Of a stretch of 64,000 nt of DNA, positions 38,759 to 47,118 are shown piece after piece (position 1 is the stretch's first letter; the number at the start of each line of letters is the position of its first letter). The notes beneath the pieces are model-generated. The model saw only the letters and a program-made list of their open reading frames with translations. It made no database searches and was not told the origin of the DNA. This DNA comes from an uncultured Staphylococcaceae bacterium. Its GTDB lineage: Bacteria; Bacillota_I; Bacilli_A; RFN20; CAG-826. Made by a program: the position numbers and the translations under genes. The stretch is from contig CAZDEE010000008.1 of assembly GCA_964504595.1 (NCBI GenBank), positions 338-64,337 on the forward strand, in the 5' to 3' direction.

Positions 38759-39513
38759 ATTTTAAATATCCTTTTTGTATTTTCTATTAATGCTTGTTGT
38801 AATTCTTGAATATCTATTCCTTTTATTTCCGCGATAACTTTAGCCACTAAAGGTAAATAACATGGTTCATTTCTTTTTCCGCGATATGGATGTGGAGTTA
38901 AATATGGACAATCTGTTTCAATTAATATTCTATTTAAAGGCACATTCAAAGCACAATCTTTACTATTTTGAGCATTTTTAAATGTTACTGGTCCTCCAAA
39001 AGAAATATATCCACCTAACTTTAAAAATTCTTCCATCATCTCTTTTGAGCCACTAAAACAATGCATAATAAATCCATATTCAGGACGATGCTCTTTTAAA
39101 ATACTTAATGTATCTTGAATAGCGTCTCGAGAATGAATTGATATTGGTAAATGATATTTATTAGCAATTTCTATTTGCTTAATAAAATATTCTTTTTGTC
39201 TATTTCTTTCTTCTATTTCTTTAACCCAATAATAATCTAGACCAATTTCTCCAACCGCTTTGACTTTACTATCAGTTAACAACAATTCTAAATCATTTAA
39301 ATTAACATCTTTTATATCACAAGGATGAACTCCCGCAAGAGCGTATATATTTTGATATTTTCCTGCTAAACTAATAGCGGATTTACTCGAAGGAATATCC
39401 CAACCGACAACAAAAAAGCTACTTACTCCTTCGTTTCCCGCTCTTAAAATAACTTCATCAACTTCATTTAATAAGTCTTCACTATTTAAGTGACAATGTG
39501 TATCAATAAACAT
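38755..39513 (-). CDS. tatD: TatD-family metal-dependent DNase/hydrolase (YabD)
   Basis: Motifs MFIDTHCHL, GEIGLDY, HSR and ETDCPYL. Confidence 0.9.
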   Translation of the reverse strand: MFIDTHCHLNSEDLLNEVDEVILRAGNEGVSSFFVVGWDIPSSKSAISLAGKYQNIYALAGVHPCDIKDVNLNDLELLLTDSKVKAVGEIGLDYYWVKEIEERNRQKEYFIKQIEIANKYHLPISIHSRDAIQDTLSILKEHRPEYGFIMHCFSGSKEMMEEFLKLGGYISFGGPVTFKNAQNSKDCALNVPLNRILIETDCPYLTPHPYRGKRNEPCYLPLVAKVIAEIKGIDIQELQQALIENTKRIFKI

Positions 39514-39515
39514 CT

Positions 39516-40847
39516 TTATTTACCTACGCAAAAACGTGAGAAAATCTCCTCAGAGAAATCATTTCCTTTTGCTTCTCCTAATATTTCTAATATACTTTGA
39601 TACGCATCTTGAATCGATACCGCAACTAAATCTAAAGTTAATCCTTTTTCAGCGTCATCTTTAGCTTTTTCTAATTCAATTCTAGCTTTATTTAAAAGGC
39701 CTAATTGTCTTTCATTAGAAAAACTTGGTCGAGAATATGATTCTGGATCGATTTCTAAAACTTCTAAAATACTCTTCTCTAATTTAGAAATTTCCATATT
39801 CTTTGCCGACACATAAATGCCATCTTCTTTTTTTATAATTGTTTTTAAATCATCTTTGTTATAAACAATTATTCTTCGTTTAGAATCTGTTCTTTTTCTT
39901 AATTCTTGATCTTCTTGATCTTCTTCTTTTGATGAATCAATTACTAACAATATCAAATCTGCTTCATCGATAACTGTATTAGCTTTTAAAATACCAATTG
40001 ACTCGACTTTATCACTAGACTCATGAATTCCTGCGGTATCTAAAAAATAAATAGGAATTCCTTTTAAAAGGACTTCTCCTTCTACTATATCTCTTGTTGT
40101 CCCCGCAATATCAGTAACAATTGCTTTTTCTTCTTTTATTAATGCATTTAATAAAGATGATTTTCCAACATTTGGCTTACCAACAATAGCTACCTTAATT
40201 CCATCTTTAATCTTTTTTCCTTGTTTTCCTTCTTTAATTAATCCATCTATAATTCCTTGCATCTTTTTAACATCTTCGATAACTTTTTGATTTGTAGCAA
40301 TCTCTATATCTTCATATTCAGGATAATCGATGTTAACTTCAATCAAAGATAACAAATCAGCGATTAAAGTCTTAATTGGATTAAGTTTTTCACTGGTTTT
40401 TCCCTCTAATGAAAGAAGAGCTAAATCTTTAGCTTCTTCGCTTTGAGCGTGAATTATATCATTAACCGATTCTGCTTGTACTAAATCAATTTTTCCATTA
40501 TAAAAAGCTCGTGAAGTAAATTCTCCTCTTTCTGCTTGTCTTGCTCCATGCTTAATTAATAACGATATAATTTGACGAATAATAATCATTGAGCCATGAC
40601 ATTGAATTTCAACCAAATTTTCTCCAGTATAAGATCTAGTTCCTGGATAAACATTTAATAAAACTTCATCTACTTTTTTATTTTCATCCTTTATGTATCC
40701 GTATTCAATTGTTCTTTTTGTTATAGTTGTTAAATCCTTACTAAAACATTTACTTACAATTTCTAACGCTCTTGCACCTGAAACACGAATAATTGCAATC
40801 GCAGAAACTAAAGGCGCGCTTGCTAAAGCAACAATAGTATCAAACAT
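39516..40847 (-). CDS. mnmE: tRNA modification GTPase MnmE
   Basis: N-terminal motif DTIVALAS, G domain GKPNVGKSSLLN, C-terminal FCVGK. Start placed at ATG 40847, 8 nt after GAGGAAG. Confidence 0.95.
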   Translation of the reverse strand: MFDTIVALASAPLVSAIAIIRVSGARALEIVSKCFSKDLTTITKRTIEYGYIKDENKKVDEVLLNVYPGTRSYTGENLVEIQCHGSMIIIRQIISLLIKHGARQAERGEFTSRAFYNGKIDLVQAESVNDIIHAQSEEAKDLALLSLEGKTSEKLNPIKTLIADLLSLIEVNIDYPEYEDIEIATNQKVIEDVKKMQGIIDGLIKEGKQGKKIKDGIKVAIVGKPNVGKSSLLNALIKEEKAIVTDIAGTTRDIVEGEVLLKGIPIYFLDTAGIHESSDKVESIGILKANTVIDEADLILLVIDSSKEEDQEDQELRKRTDSKRRIIVYNKDDLKTIIKKEDGIYVSAKNMEISKLEKSILEVLEIDPESYSRPSFSNERQLGLLNKARIELEKAKDDAEKGLTLDLVAVSIQDAYQSILEILGEAKGNDFSEEIFSRFCVGK

Positions 40848-40906
40848 AATTCTCACTTCCTCTTATATATTACCAAAAAAAAGAACCTAATGGCTCTTTT
40901 TCTTAA

Positions 40907-41506
40907 TTAATCAACATATTTAATTGTAATTTGACGATGTTTTCCTTCTCCAACACTTTCTGTTTTAATATGTGGCATATTACTTAAAGCATTGTGAATC
41001 ATTCTTCTTTCGTCAGCAGGCATAGCTTCCATTGTAATTGTTTGATGAGAACGTTGAACTTCTTTAGCCATATGTCTTGCCATTGAAACAACTTTGCTAT
41101 ACTTTCCATCTTTATATTCATTAATATCGAGTAAAACTCTATATCTCTTTTTAAATTTTGAAGAAACAGCTAGTTTAGTTAATTCATTTAAAGCTTGTAA
41201 TGTTCGGCCATTCTTTCCAATCAAAATGGAATTATGATCTGAATCAATATTAATCTTAATAATACCTTCAGATAATGTAGCTTTTGTCGTTGCGGTTATT
41301 CCAAAAGAGGAAATAACATTAACAACATAATTTTCACAGAATTCAACCGCATCTGATAAATCATAAACTTCGATTTCTGCTTTTTTTATAAATAAGCCCT
41401 TCTTTTCTTCGATAACTTTATAGACTAGAGATTCTTTACTTTCGCCAAATTCGTTTGCCGCGATATCAAGAGCCTCATCTACAGTCTTTGCAACAAATCT
41501 TTTCAT
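40907..41506 (-). CDS. jag: Jag/KhpB RNA-binding protein (Jag_N-KH-R3H)
   Basis: MKRFVAKTVDEALDIAANEF is a Jag N-domain, with C-terminal R3H (ERRMIHNAL). The start ATG shares one nt with the yidC stop (TAATG). The longer ORF-track version overlaps yidC. Confidence 0.85.
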   Translation of the reverse strand: MKRFVAKTVDEALDIAANEFGESKESLVYKVIEEKKGLFIKKAEIEVYDLSDAVEFCENYVVNVISSFGITATTKATLSEGIIKINIDSDHNSILIGKNGRTLQALNELTKLAVSSKFKKRYRVLLDINEYKDGKYSKVVSMARHMAKEVQRSHQTITMEAMPADERRMIHNALSNMPHIKTESVGEGKHRQITIKYVD

Positions 41507-42945
41507 TATTTTTTCTTCCTTTTCATTACATTTTGTGTGATAACGGTTTGAACCATTGAAATTAACGCTCCAATTAACCAATAAATACCCATTCCAGATG
41601 GTAATGAGAAGCCCATAATAACAATCATAATTGTCATCATCCAACTCATTATCTTCATTTGTTTATTTTGAGCGTCCGCAGCTGGGTTTTTACCCATCTT
41701 AGAAACTTTCTTTGTTTCTCTTGCTTGTAACCATCTACCTAGTTGACTTGAAATTATTTGTGATGCTGTCATTAAAGCAAATAACACAATCGCAGTCCAC
41801 CATGCTCCATCAAAGGACCATGTTGTAATTGTCGCGCTTATTGAGTTGCCTAAGCTCATTCCAAAGATATCTCCAGATGTTAGAATACTAGATCCACTTA
41901 ACGCACCCCAAACAGCAATAAAGATTGGGAATTGAATGATAAGTGTTAATAATTGTGACATTGGATTAATTTTATGTTTTTTATACAAAGCCATTTGAGC
42001 TTGAGCAAGCATTTGCTTTTCATATTGATTTGTATTTGAATTAGGATACTTTTGTTGTAGTTTAGCAAGTTCTGGTTGTAATGCAGACATCTTTTGTTGA
42101 TCCATAGTAGATCTAAATGTAAACAACATCAAAAGTCCTCTAACAATAACTGTCAAAATAAGAATAGCCACAAATTGTGCCCATCCATTACCTAAGGAAG
42201 GTAAGAACACATTTGTTAAACTATGCGCTAACCACGCAACTGGATAAACTAATAAACCTTCAATAAAACCTTTATCAAAAGCATCTTTCCATGTTTTTCC
42301 ATCGATCCATGTTTTACTTCCTTCTGGTCCATAATATCCACTTTCTGGAGTAACACATGTTCTGTTTGCAGAAACATAAGTTTCCATAACTCTTTTATAT
42401 TGAGTGATAAAATCTTTTCCTGGAACATAATCGAGTCCGACTTCAACCTTGATTTCTTCAACCATTTTATCCCAGTTGACCCATAATGTATCAACAGCTT
42501 TTCCTTTTTTGTTTATAACTTGTCCGGCGAATTTAAGATATCCATATTGCTCAAGAATTTCTTTGTTTGTAAAATCTTTTTCTTTTTCATCATTTTTTTC
42601 TTGCCATGCATTTTTCGCCAACTCTAAAGTTTTATCATCTATTGCTTTAAAGAATTTTGGCGATGGGATATCATAACTATCACCTATTTTAGAAATCTCT
42701 TCAGTAATTTTTGGGTTAGCAAATTGTAACACTCTAGTTGTTGTCGCGTTTTCACCTTCACCTGTTGTGATATCTTCATATATATAATTTCCTGATTCAT
42801 CATATTTTAAGCCTGAATCATAAGTATATAACATATGCGCTTTATCGTTAACGGAACAAAAGTTTGCGGTACAACCGGTAATCATAGATAAACCAAAAAT
42901 AATAGCGGTAATTTTTAAAATACTTTTACTATTTTTTTTCATCAA
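41506..42945 (-). CDS. yidC: membrane protein insertase YidC with long N-terminal lipoprotein domain
   Basis: Lipobox LSMITGC, then about 230 aa of extracytoplasmic sequence, then the 60-kDa-IMP core (..RGLLMLFTFRST..Q.KM..LQPE..KLQ.KY.., basic tail KRKKK). rnpA-yidC-jag order. Confidence 0.9.
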   Translation of the reverse strand: MMKKNSKSILKITAIIFGLSMITGCTANFCSVNDKAHMLYTYDSGLKYDESGNYIYEDITTGEGENATTTRVLQFANPKITEEISKIGDSYDIPSPKFFKAIDDKTLELAKNAWQEKNDEKEKDFTNKEILEQYGYLKFAGQVINKKGKAVDTLWVNWDKMVEEIKVEVGLDYVPGKDFITQYKRVMETYVSANRTCVTPESGYYGPEGSKTWIDGKTWKDAFDKGFIEGLLVYPVAWLAHSLTNVFLPSLGNGWAQFVAILILTVIVRGLLMLFTFRSTMDQQKMSALQPELAKLQQKYPNSNTNQYEKQMLAQAQMALYKKHKINPMSQLLTLIIQFPIFIAVWGALSGSSILTSGDIFGMSLGNSISATITTWSFDGAWWTAIVLFALMTASQIISSQLGRWLQARETKKVSKMGKNPAADAQNKQMKIMSWMMTIMIVIMGFSLPSGMGIYWLIGALISMVQTVITQNVMKRKKK

Positions 42946-43273
42946 CTTTCCTCCTTATTCTCAAAAACAAACTATTCAAATCTTGTAAATTTTCTTGATA
43001 TGTTTTTAAACAATATTCCTTACGCGCTATAACTACATAGTCATAAGGAACTAAATCTTCTTCTAATTCTCTTATCATGCTTCTAACTTGTCGACGAACA
43101 GTTGATCTAACAACTGCGTTTCCAAGTTTTACAGGCGCTGATATTCCTATACGATGATGACTTAAACTTTTATCTAAGTAATAAATAACAAAAGTCTTAT
43201 TTTTTTCACATTTACCAGAATGAACAACTTTTTGAAAATCTTCATGCGATTTAACACGATACTTTATCTTCAT
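42929..43273 (-). CDS. rnpA: ribonuclease P protein component
   Basis: About 114 aa and basic, with the RNR-type motif (GNAVVRSTVRRQVR). Start at ATG 43273, 7 nt after GGAGGAA. Follows rpmH. Confidence 0.9.
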   Translation of the reverse strand: MKIKYRVKSHEDFQKVVHSGKCEKNKTFVIYYLDKSLSHHRIGISAPVKLGNAVVRSTVRRQVRSMIRELEEDLVPYDYVVIARKEYCLKTYQENLQDLNSLFLRIRRKVDEKK

Positions 43274-43342
43274 TAATCGTTCCTCCATTCATCAAAGTAT
43301 TCAAAAAAACCACCAGCACGATCACTAGTGGTTACGCAATCC

Positions 43343-43477
43343 TTAAGCTGAAAGTACGGCTCTGCCTTTTGCACGGCGTCTAGCTAAAACTTTACGACCA
43401 TTTGGTGTGGCCATTCTTGCTCTAAAGCCATGTGTAGCTTGATGTTTTCTTCTGCTTGGTTGATAAGTTCTTTTCAT
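43343..43477 (-). CDS. rpmH: 50S ribosomal protein bL34
   Basis: Not on the ORF track (44 aa). Hand translation gives [44 protein letters not shown], with RBS GGAGGTG upstream. Confidence 0.95.
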   Translation of the reverse strand: MKRTYQPSRRKHQATHGFRARMATPNGRKVLARRRAKGRAVLSA

Positions 43478-43511
43478 AAATACACCTCCGATTTATCGTA
43501 TACGCGTGATA

Positions 43512-43540
43512 AGTATATATTTTTATTAAAAATAAATCAA
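43512..43540 (-). promoter_or_regulatory. putative sigma-A promoter of rpmH-rnpA operon
   Basis: On the minus strand: TTGATT (43540-43535), 17 nt of spacer, TATACT (43517-43512). Confidence 0.5.
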
Positions 43541-43571
43541 GTAAAACCACGAAAAAACCCAAGGCTAAAAG

Positions 43572-43599
43572 AAAAAAAGGCTGGTACTGAGACCGCCTT
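43572..43599 (-). terminator. putative intrinsic terminator after lipoprotein gene
   Basis: Minus-strand hairpin AGGCGG..CC(A)GCCT with one bulge, followed by T7 (A-run 43572-43578). Confidence 0.5.
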
Positions 43600-43603
43600 A
43601 ATC

Positions 43604-45286
43604 TTATTTTTTAAATCTTTCTAAATCACTAACTCTTTGGATTAGATTTCCTGTATGAATATAAATTTCACGAACGCCATCAGCGTTGATATGAACAACG
43701 TTTCCTTCTCCTTCTGCAGAATAATCTTGGAAAACTTTATTCGAATATTCATAAGCTTTCTTCTTAGATAAATTGTTTAATTCATCTTTAACTGTAGCTT
43801 CTCCTTCTGTATAAGTTTCTAAATCAAATGATAATTCATAATACTCATCTGCGACTTGCTTTACAAAAAGAGGTACATTTCTATTACTTCCTAAGTTGAT
43901 TTTTCCTTCATACAAGAGATTTTCATTGCTACTTGCTGTTAATGATAAATCTCTAACAACTTTTTCTAATTGACTAGATGTTAATCCCGCAACCCAGTTT
44001 CTTTTATAACTAACACCTTTTTCTCTCCAAGAACAAACATTTGCTTTTTTTATTTCATATGTGCCATCATCGTTATAAATATAACGAACATATTCACACT
44101 TTCCATTTCCATCAAGCTTCAATTGTTCTTGTTGTGCTTTTTCTGTATAAGAAGCGACATTGTTGAAATTAATGTATTCTTGTGATTCTTTGCTTAAATC
44201 TTTTTCTAAATATGCATCATTTTTCTTACTTTCTTCTCCGGTAAAGCTTATTTTACCGATATTTAAATAATCAAATGCATTGTCAAATTCAATTCCTTCA
44301 TCTTTACTCATTTCAACTTTAACATACACATTAGATGTTGTTATATTTGAAACAGAATCTGATAAATCGATTACTCCTTCTGTAATTCCTTCAACCGATG
44401 ATACCAAAGACTTTCCATTTCCAGAGAAATAATCCTTACTGCTACTTACATAAGCGGTAATTTTTGTCTTTCCTTTTTCTTCAGTTATTTGATTTTCGTT
44501 TTCATCTAATTCAGGATTTCCATTATCATCAACTTTTATTCCCGTTTTACTTTTCAACATACTGTTTTCTATTTTAAGTTTTAAATTTTCAAAGCTGTTC
44601 GCTTCATTATCTGTTTTAAGATTATAAATCAAATAGGATGTTTGACCAAATTGCTCTGGAATCAATTTTCCATTTGAAATAGTAACGTTTTCTTTTTCTT
44701 CTACAGTTGAATCAAAATCGTTCAAATTATCAAAATTATAAGACAAGTAGACTTTTTCTCCATCGTCCACTCCACCTTTTAATTTTTCTCCACCAGAAAT
44801 TTTTATATTTCCTAATACAGCCCATGATGGATCAAAACTATCATCGTTTTCATCTGTGGATATCTCAATTTTCACATAAAGCTTATTAGCGTTCAAAGCT
44901 TCTATTTCACTAGTCTTCTCACTAAAAGATAATTGTAATGAGTTAAGAGCGCTTTTCCCCGCTTCAATTTTTTGAGATACTGATACGCTATTAGTGAAAT
45001 CTTCACTATTGCTGACAGAAGCGATGATGTTAATTGAATATTTGCCATATTCATATATAACTCTGCTGTTAGTAATAGATATGTTTAATCTACTAAAAAT
45101 TTGAGAAGAATTTTCAGTGTTTATCTCATAAACAAAATGTCCTGAATGTTGTCCTTCTTTAATTGAAAAACCATTTACTTGTTTTATCTCTCCATCATAC
45201 GTTCCTCTTGCTAATACACATCCAGAAAGAGTAAATAAAAACATACATGTTGGAATTAATGACAACCATTTTTTACTTTTTTTCAT
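43604..45286 (-). CDS. predicted lipoprotein of unknown function with internal tandem domain duplication
   Basis: 560 aa. Signal and lipobox MKKSKKWLSLIPTCMFLFTLSGC. Two segments of about 150 aa end in LYVKIEISTDEN..FD..LGNIKISGG and VYVKVEMSKDEG..FD..LNIGKISFTG. RBS GGAGGC. Confidence 0.7.
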   Translation of the reverse strand: MKKSKKWLSLIPTCMFLFTLSGCVLARGTYDGEIKQVNGFSIKEGQHSGHFVYEINTENSSQIFSRLNISITNSRVIYEYGKYSINIIASVSNSEDFTNSVSVSQKIEAGKSALNSLQLSFSEKTSEIEALNANKLYVKIEISTDENDDSFDPSWAVLGNIKISGGEKLKGGVDDGEKVYLSYNFDNLNDFDSTVEEKENVTISNGKLIPEQFGQTSYLIYNLKTDNEANSFENLKLKIENSMLKSKTGIKVDDNGNPELDENENQITEEKGKTKITAYVSSSKDYFSGNGKSLVSSVEGITEGVIDLSDSVSNITTSNVYVKVEMSKDEGIEFDNAFDYLNIGKISFTGEESKKNDAYLEKDLSKESQEYINFNNVASYTEKAQQEQLKLDGNGKCEYVRYIYNDDGTYEIKKANVCSWREKGVSYKRNWVAGLTSSQLEKVVRDLSLTASSNENLLYEGKINLGSNRNVPLFVKQVADEYYELSFDLETYTEGEATVKDELNNLSKKKAYEYSNKVFQDYSAEGEGNVVHINADGVREIYIHTGNLIQRVSDLERFKK

Positions 45287-45433
45287 AAAAATTATGCCTC
45301 CGCGTGCTTATTATTATTATACCAAATCACTTTTTTTTGTAAACAAAAAAAGCCCTTTCTATACCTAACCTCAAATTACAATTTAACTTATCAATCAAAA
45401 ATCGTTTACAATCTATATTTTTTGTAAAAGTAA

Positions 45434-45553
45434 TTTCCCACATTTCCACATTCAAGAGATATTTGTTCACATCATTTCCCACATTAAAAAGATGTGGAAA
45501 ATGTGGAAAAGTAGGTTTTATCGGCTGTTTCTTTGCATTTTTTATGTGGAAAA
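45434..45553. promoter_or_regulatory. DnaA-box cluster upstream of dnaA (oriC part 1)
   Basis: One orientation: TTTCCCACA (45434), TTTCCACA (45443), TTGTTCACA (45463), TTTCCCACA (45475). Opposite orientation: TGTGGAAAA at 45493, 45502 and 45545. Each matches TTATCCACA at 7-8 of 9 positions. Confidence 0.8.
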
Positions 45554-45631
45554 CTTCAAACAGCTAACTTCGATGAACTTTTTCCTCATATTTATGGTAT
45601 CATTTATGAAGTTGTAAAGGAGTGCTTTTTT

Positions 45632-46996
45632 ATGTTGAAAACCGTTTCTGAAAAAAAACGTATTTGGGATAAGGTTTTATTAGAGATTGAAAGCAAATTG
45701 CAAGATCGTCATATCTTTGATTCTTTTTTCTCTCAAACTTATATTCATTCAATCGATAATGATGAAATCATAGTTTCAGCTAATTCCCATTTAGCGGAAA
45801 CAATTTTAAATCAAAAATATCAAAATTTAGTTGAAGAAATTATTAAAGAAACCACACAGTCCAATTTTAAAGTCAAGTTTGTTTTTGTTAATAATTTAAA
45901 AGAATCTACTGAAAATCATTCAACAATTGGAGAAAAATCAAAATATTTTAGTAATTCTTTCATTAATCCTAAATATACATTTGATAGTTTTGTAGTCGGA
46001 CAATGTAATAGGGAGGCTTCACAAGCATCTCTTATGATTGCCTCTAATCCAGGTAAATTATTTAACCCTTTATTTATTTATTCACAATCAGGGTTAGGAA
46101 AAACCCATTTATTACATGCGATCGGAAATTATATTAAAGAGAATTCACCTAGATTAAAAGTTTTATACATATCTACAGATGATTTTGTTGATGAATTTGT
46201 TCGTTCTGCAAGAGGAGAAAATGAAATCGAACGTTTTAGAGATTTCTTTAAATCAATCGACGTTTTGCTCATCGATGATATTCAATTTTTAGCGGATAAA
46301 GTTAAAACCGCTGAAATGTTCTTCAATTTATTTAATACGATGATAAACGCAGGTAAGCAAGTTGTTTTGACCTCCGATAGACATCCTAACGATTTAAAAG
46401 GACTTGAGGCTAGATTAGTTACAAGATTCAATGCTGGTTTGAGTATAAACATCCAAAATCCTGATAAAGACACTCTTATTTCAATATTAAAGAAGAAAAT
46501 ATCGGCGAATAATTTAGATTTAGCTAATTTCGATGATGATGTTTTAGAGTTCTTCGCAGACAAATTTTCAAAAAACGTTCGTGAATTAGAAGGCGCAATT
46601 AATCGACTTCTGTTCTATTCTATAAACATAAAACAATCTAATCACATTGATTTAGCATTAGCTATAGAATCAGTTTCTTCGATTATCAATGTAAAGGAAA
46701 CCGAAAGAAAATTAGATGAAGAACGAATCATCGAAGTTGTTGCAGATTATTATAATTTAACAGTTTCACAACTAAAAGGAAATACCAGAACTGCTCAATT
46801 AGCAATGGCTAGACATATCTCAATGTATCTTATTAGGACGATGCTTGATGTTCCTTTTAAGAAGATTGGAGACGCCTTTGGTGGCAAGCATTACTCCACC
46901 GTTATGGACGCTGTGGAAAAAGTTGAGAAAAACTTAAAGACTACTCCACAATTAGGAGAAGCAATAAACGATATAAAAAAGCGTTTAAAAAAGTAA
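45632..46996 (+). CDS. dnaA: chromosomal replication initiator DnaA
   Basis: AAA+ Walker A GQSGLGKTHL and the C-terminal DNA-binding domain (..RHISMYL.R......IG..FGGKHYSTV). Start at ATG 45632 after AAGGAG. The ORF-track extension runs through the DnaA boxes. Confidence 0.95.
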   Translation: MLKTVSEKKRIWDKVLLEIESKLQDRHIFDSFFSQTYIHSIDNDEIIVSANSHLAETILNQKYQNLVEEIIKETTQSNFKVKFVFVNNLKESTENHSTIGEKSKYFSNSFINPKYTFDSFVVGQCNREASQASLMIASNPGKLFNPLFIYSQSGLGKTHLLHAIGNYIKENSPRLKVLYISTDDFVDEFVRSARGENEIERFRDFFKSIDVLLIDDIQFLADKVKTAEMFFNLFNTMINAGKQVVLTSDRHPNDLKGLEARLVTRFNAGLSINIQNPDKDTLISILKKKISANNLDLANFDDDVLEFFADKFSKNVRELEGAINRLLFYSINIKQSNHIDLALAIESVSSIINVKETERKLDEERIIEVVADYYNLTVSQLKGNTRTAQLAMARHISMYLIRTMLDVPFKKIGDAFGGKHYSTVMDAVEKVEKNLKTTPQLGEAINDIKKRLKK

Positions 46997-47010
46997 AAAA
47001 TCTAACATTT

Positions 47011-47031
47011 ACCATATAAATATGGTATAAT
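47011..47031 (+). promoter_or_regulatory. extended -10 promoter candidate with overlapping palindrome, upstream of dnaN
   Basis: The 7-2-7 inverted repeat ACCATAT-AA-ATATGGT (47011-47026) overlaps TGgTATAAT (47023-47031). Confidence 0.45.
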
Positions 47032-47059
47032 ATTAACAATAAGGGTTAAGCAAATGAGT

Positions 47060-47103
47060 TTTTCCACATTATCCACACCCCTTATTATAATTATTAAATT
47101 TTT
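47060..47103. promoter_or_regulatory. tandem DnaA boxes + GC cluster + AT-rich triplet-periodic tract (oriC part 2, candidate unwinding site)
   Basis: TTTTCCACA (47060-47068) is followed by a perfect TTATCCACA (47069-47077), then CCCC, then TTATTATAATTATTAAATTTTTA. Confidence 0.6.
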
Positions 47104-47118
47104 AAGGAGATTCAATAT

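Noticed and set aside
41507-41644. A 46-codon N-terminal extension of jag that overlaps the 3' end of yidC.
   Set aside because: The Jag N-domain begins at MKRFVAKT, whose ATG overlaps the yidC stop (TAATG). The extension has an odd composition and no RBS.
42929-45286. Poly-A runs at the 5' ends of yidC (ATGAAAAAAAAT) and the lipoprotein gene (ATGAAAAAAAGTAAAAAATGG), considered as slipped-strand phase-variation tracts.
   Set aside because: The tracts are only 7-8 nt and simply encode the Lys-rich n-region of signal peptides in an AT-rich genome. yidC is essential, which argues against phase variation.
45533-45631. A 33-codon N-terminal extension of dnaA (MHFLCGKLQ...) given by the ORF track.
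   Set aside because: The extension runs through a DnaA box and promoter-like sequence. The AAGGAG RBS sits immediately before the internal ATG at 45632, and from there the protein starts like other DnaA proteins.
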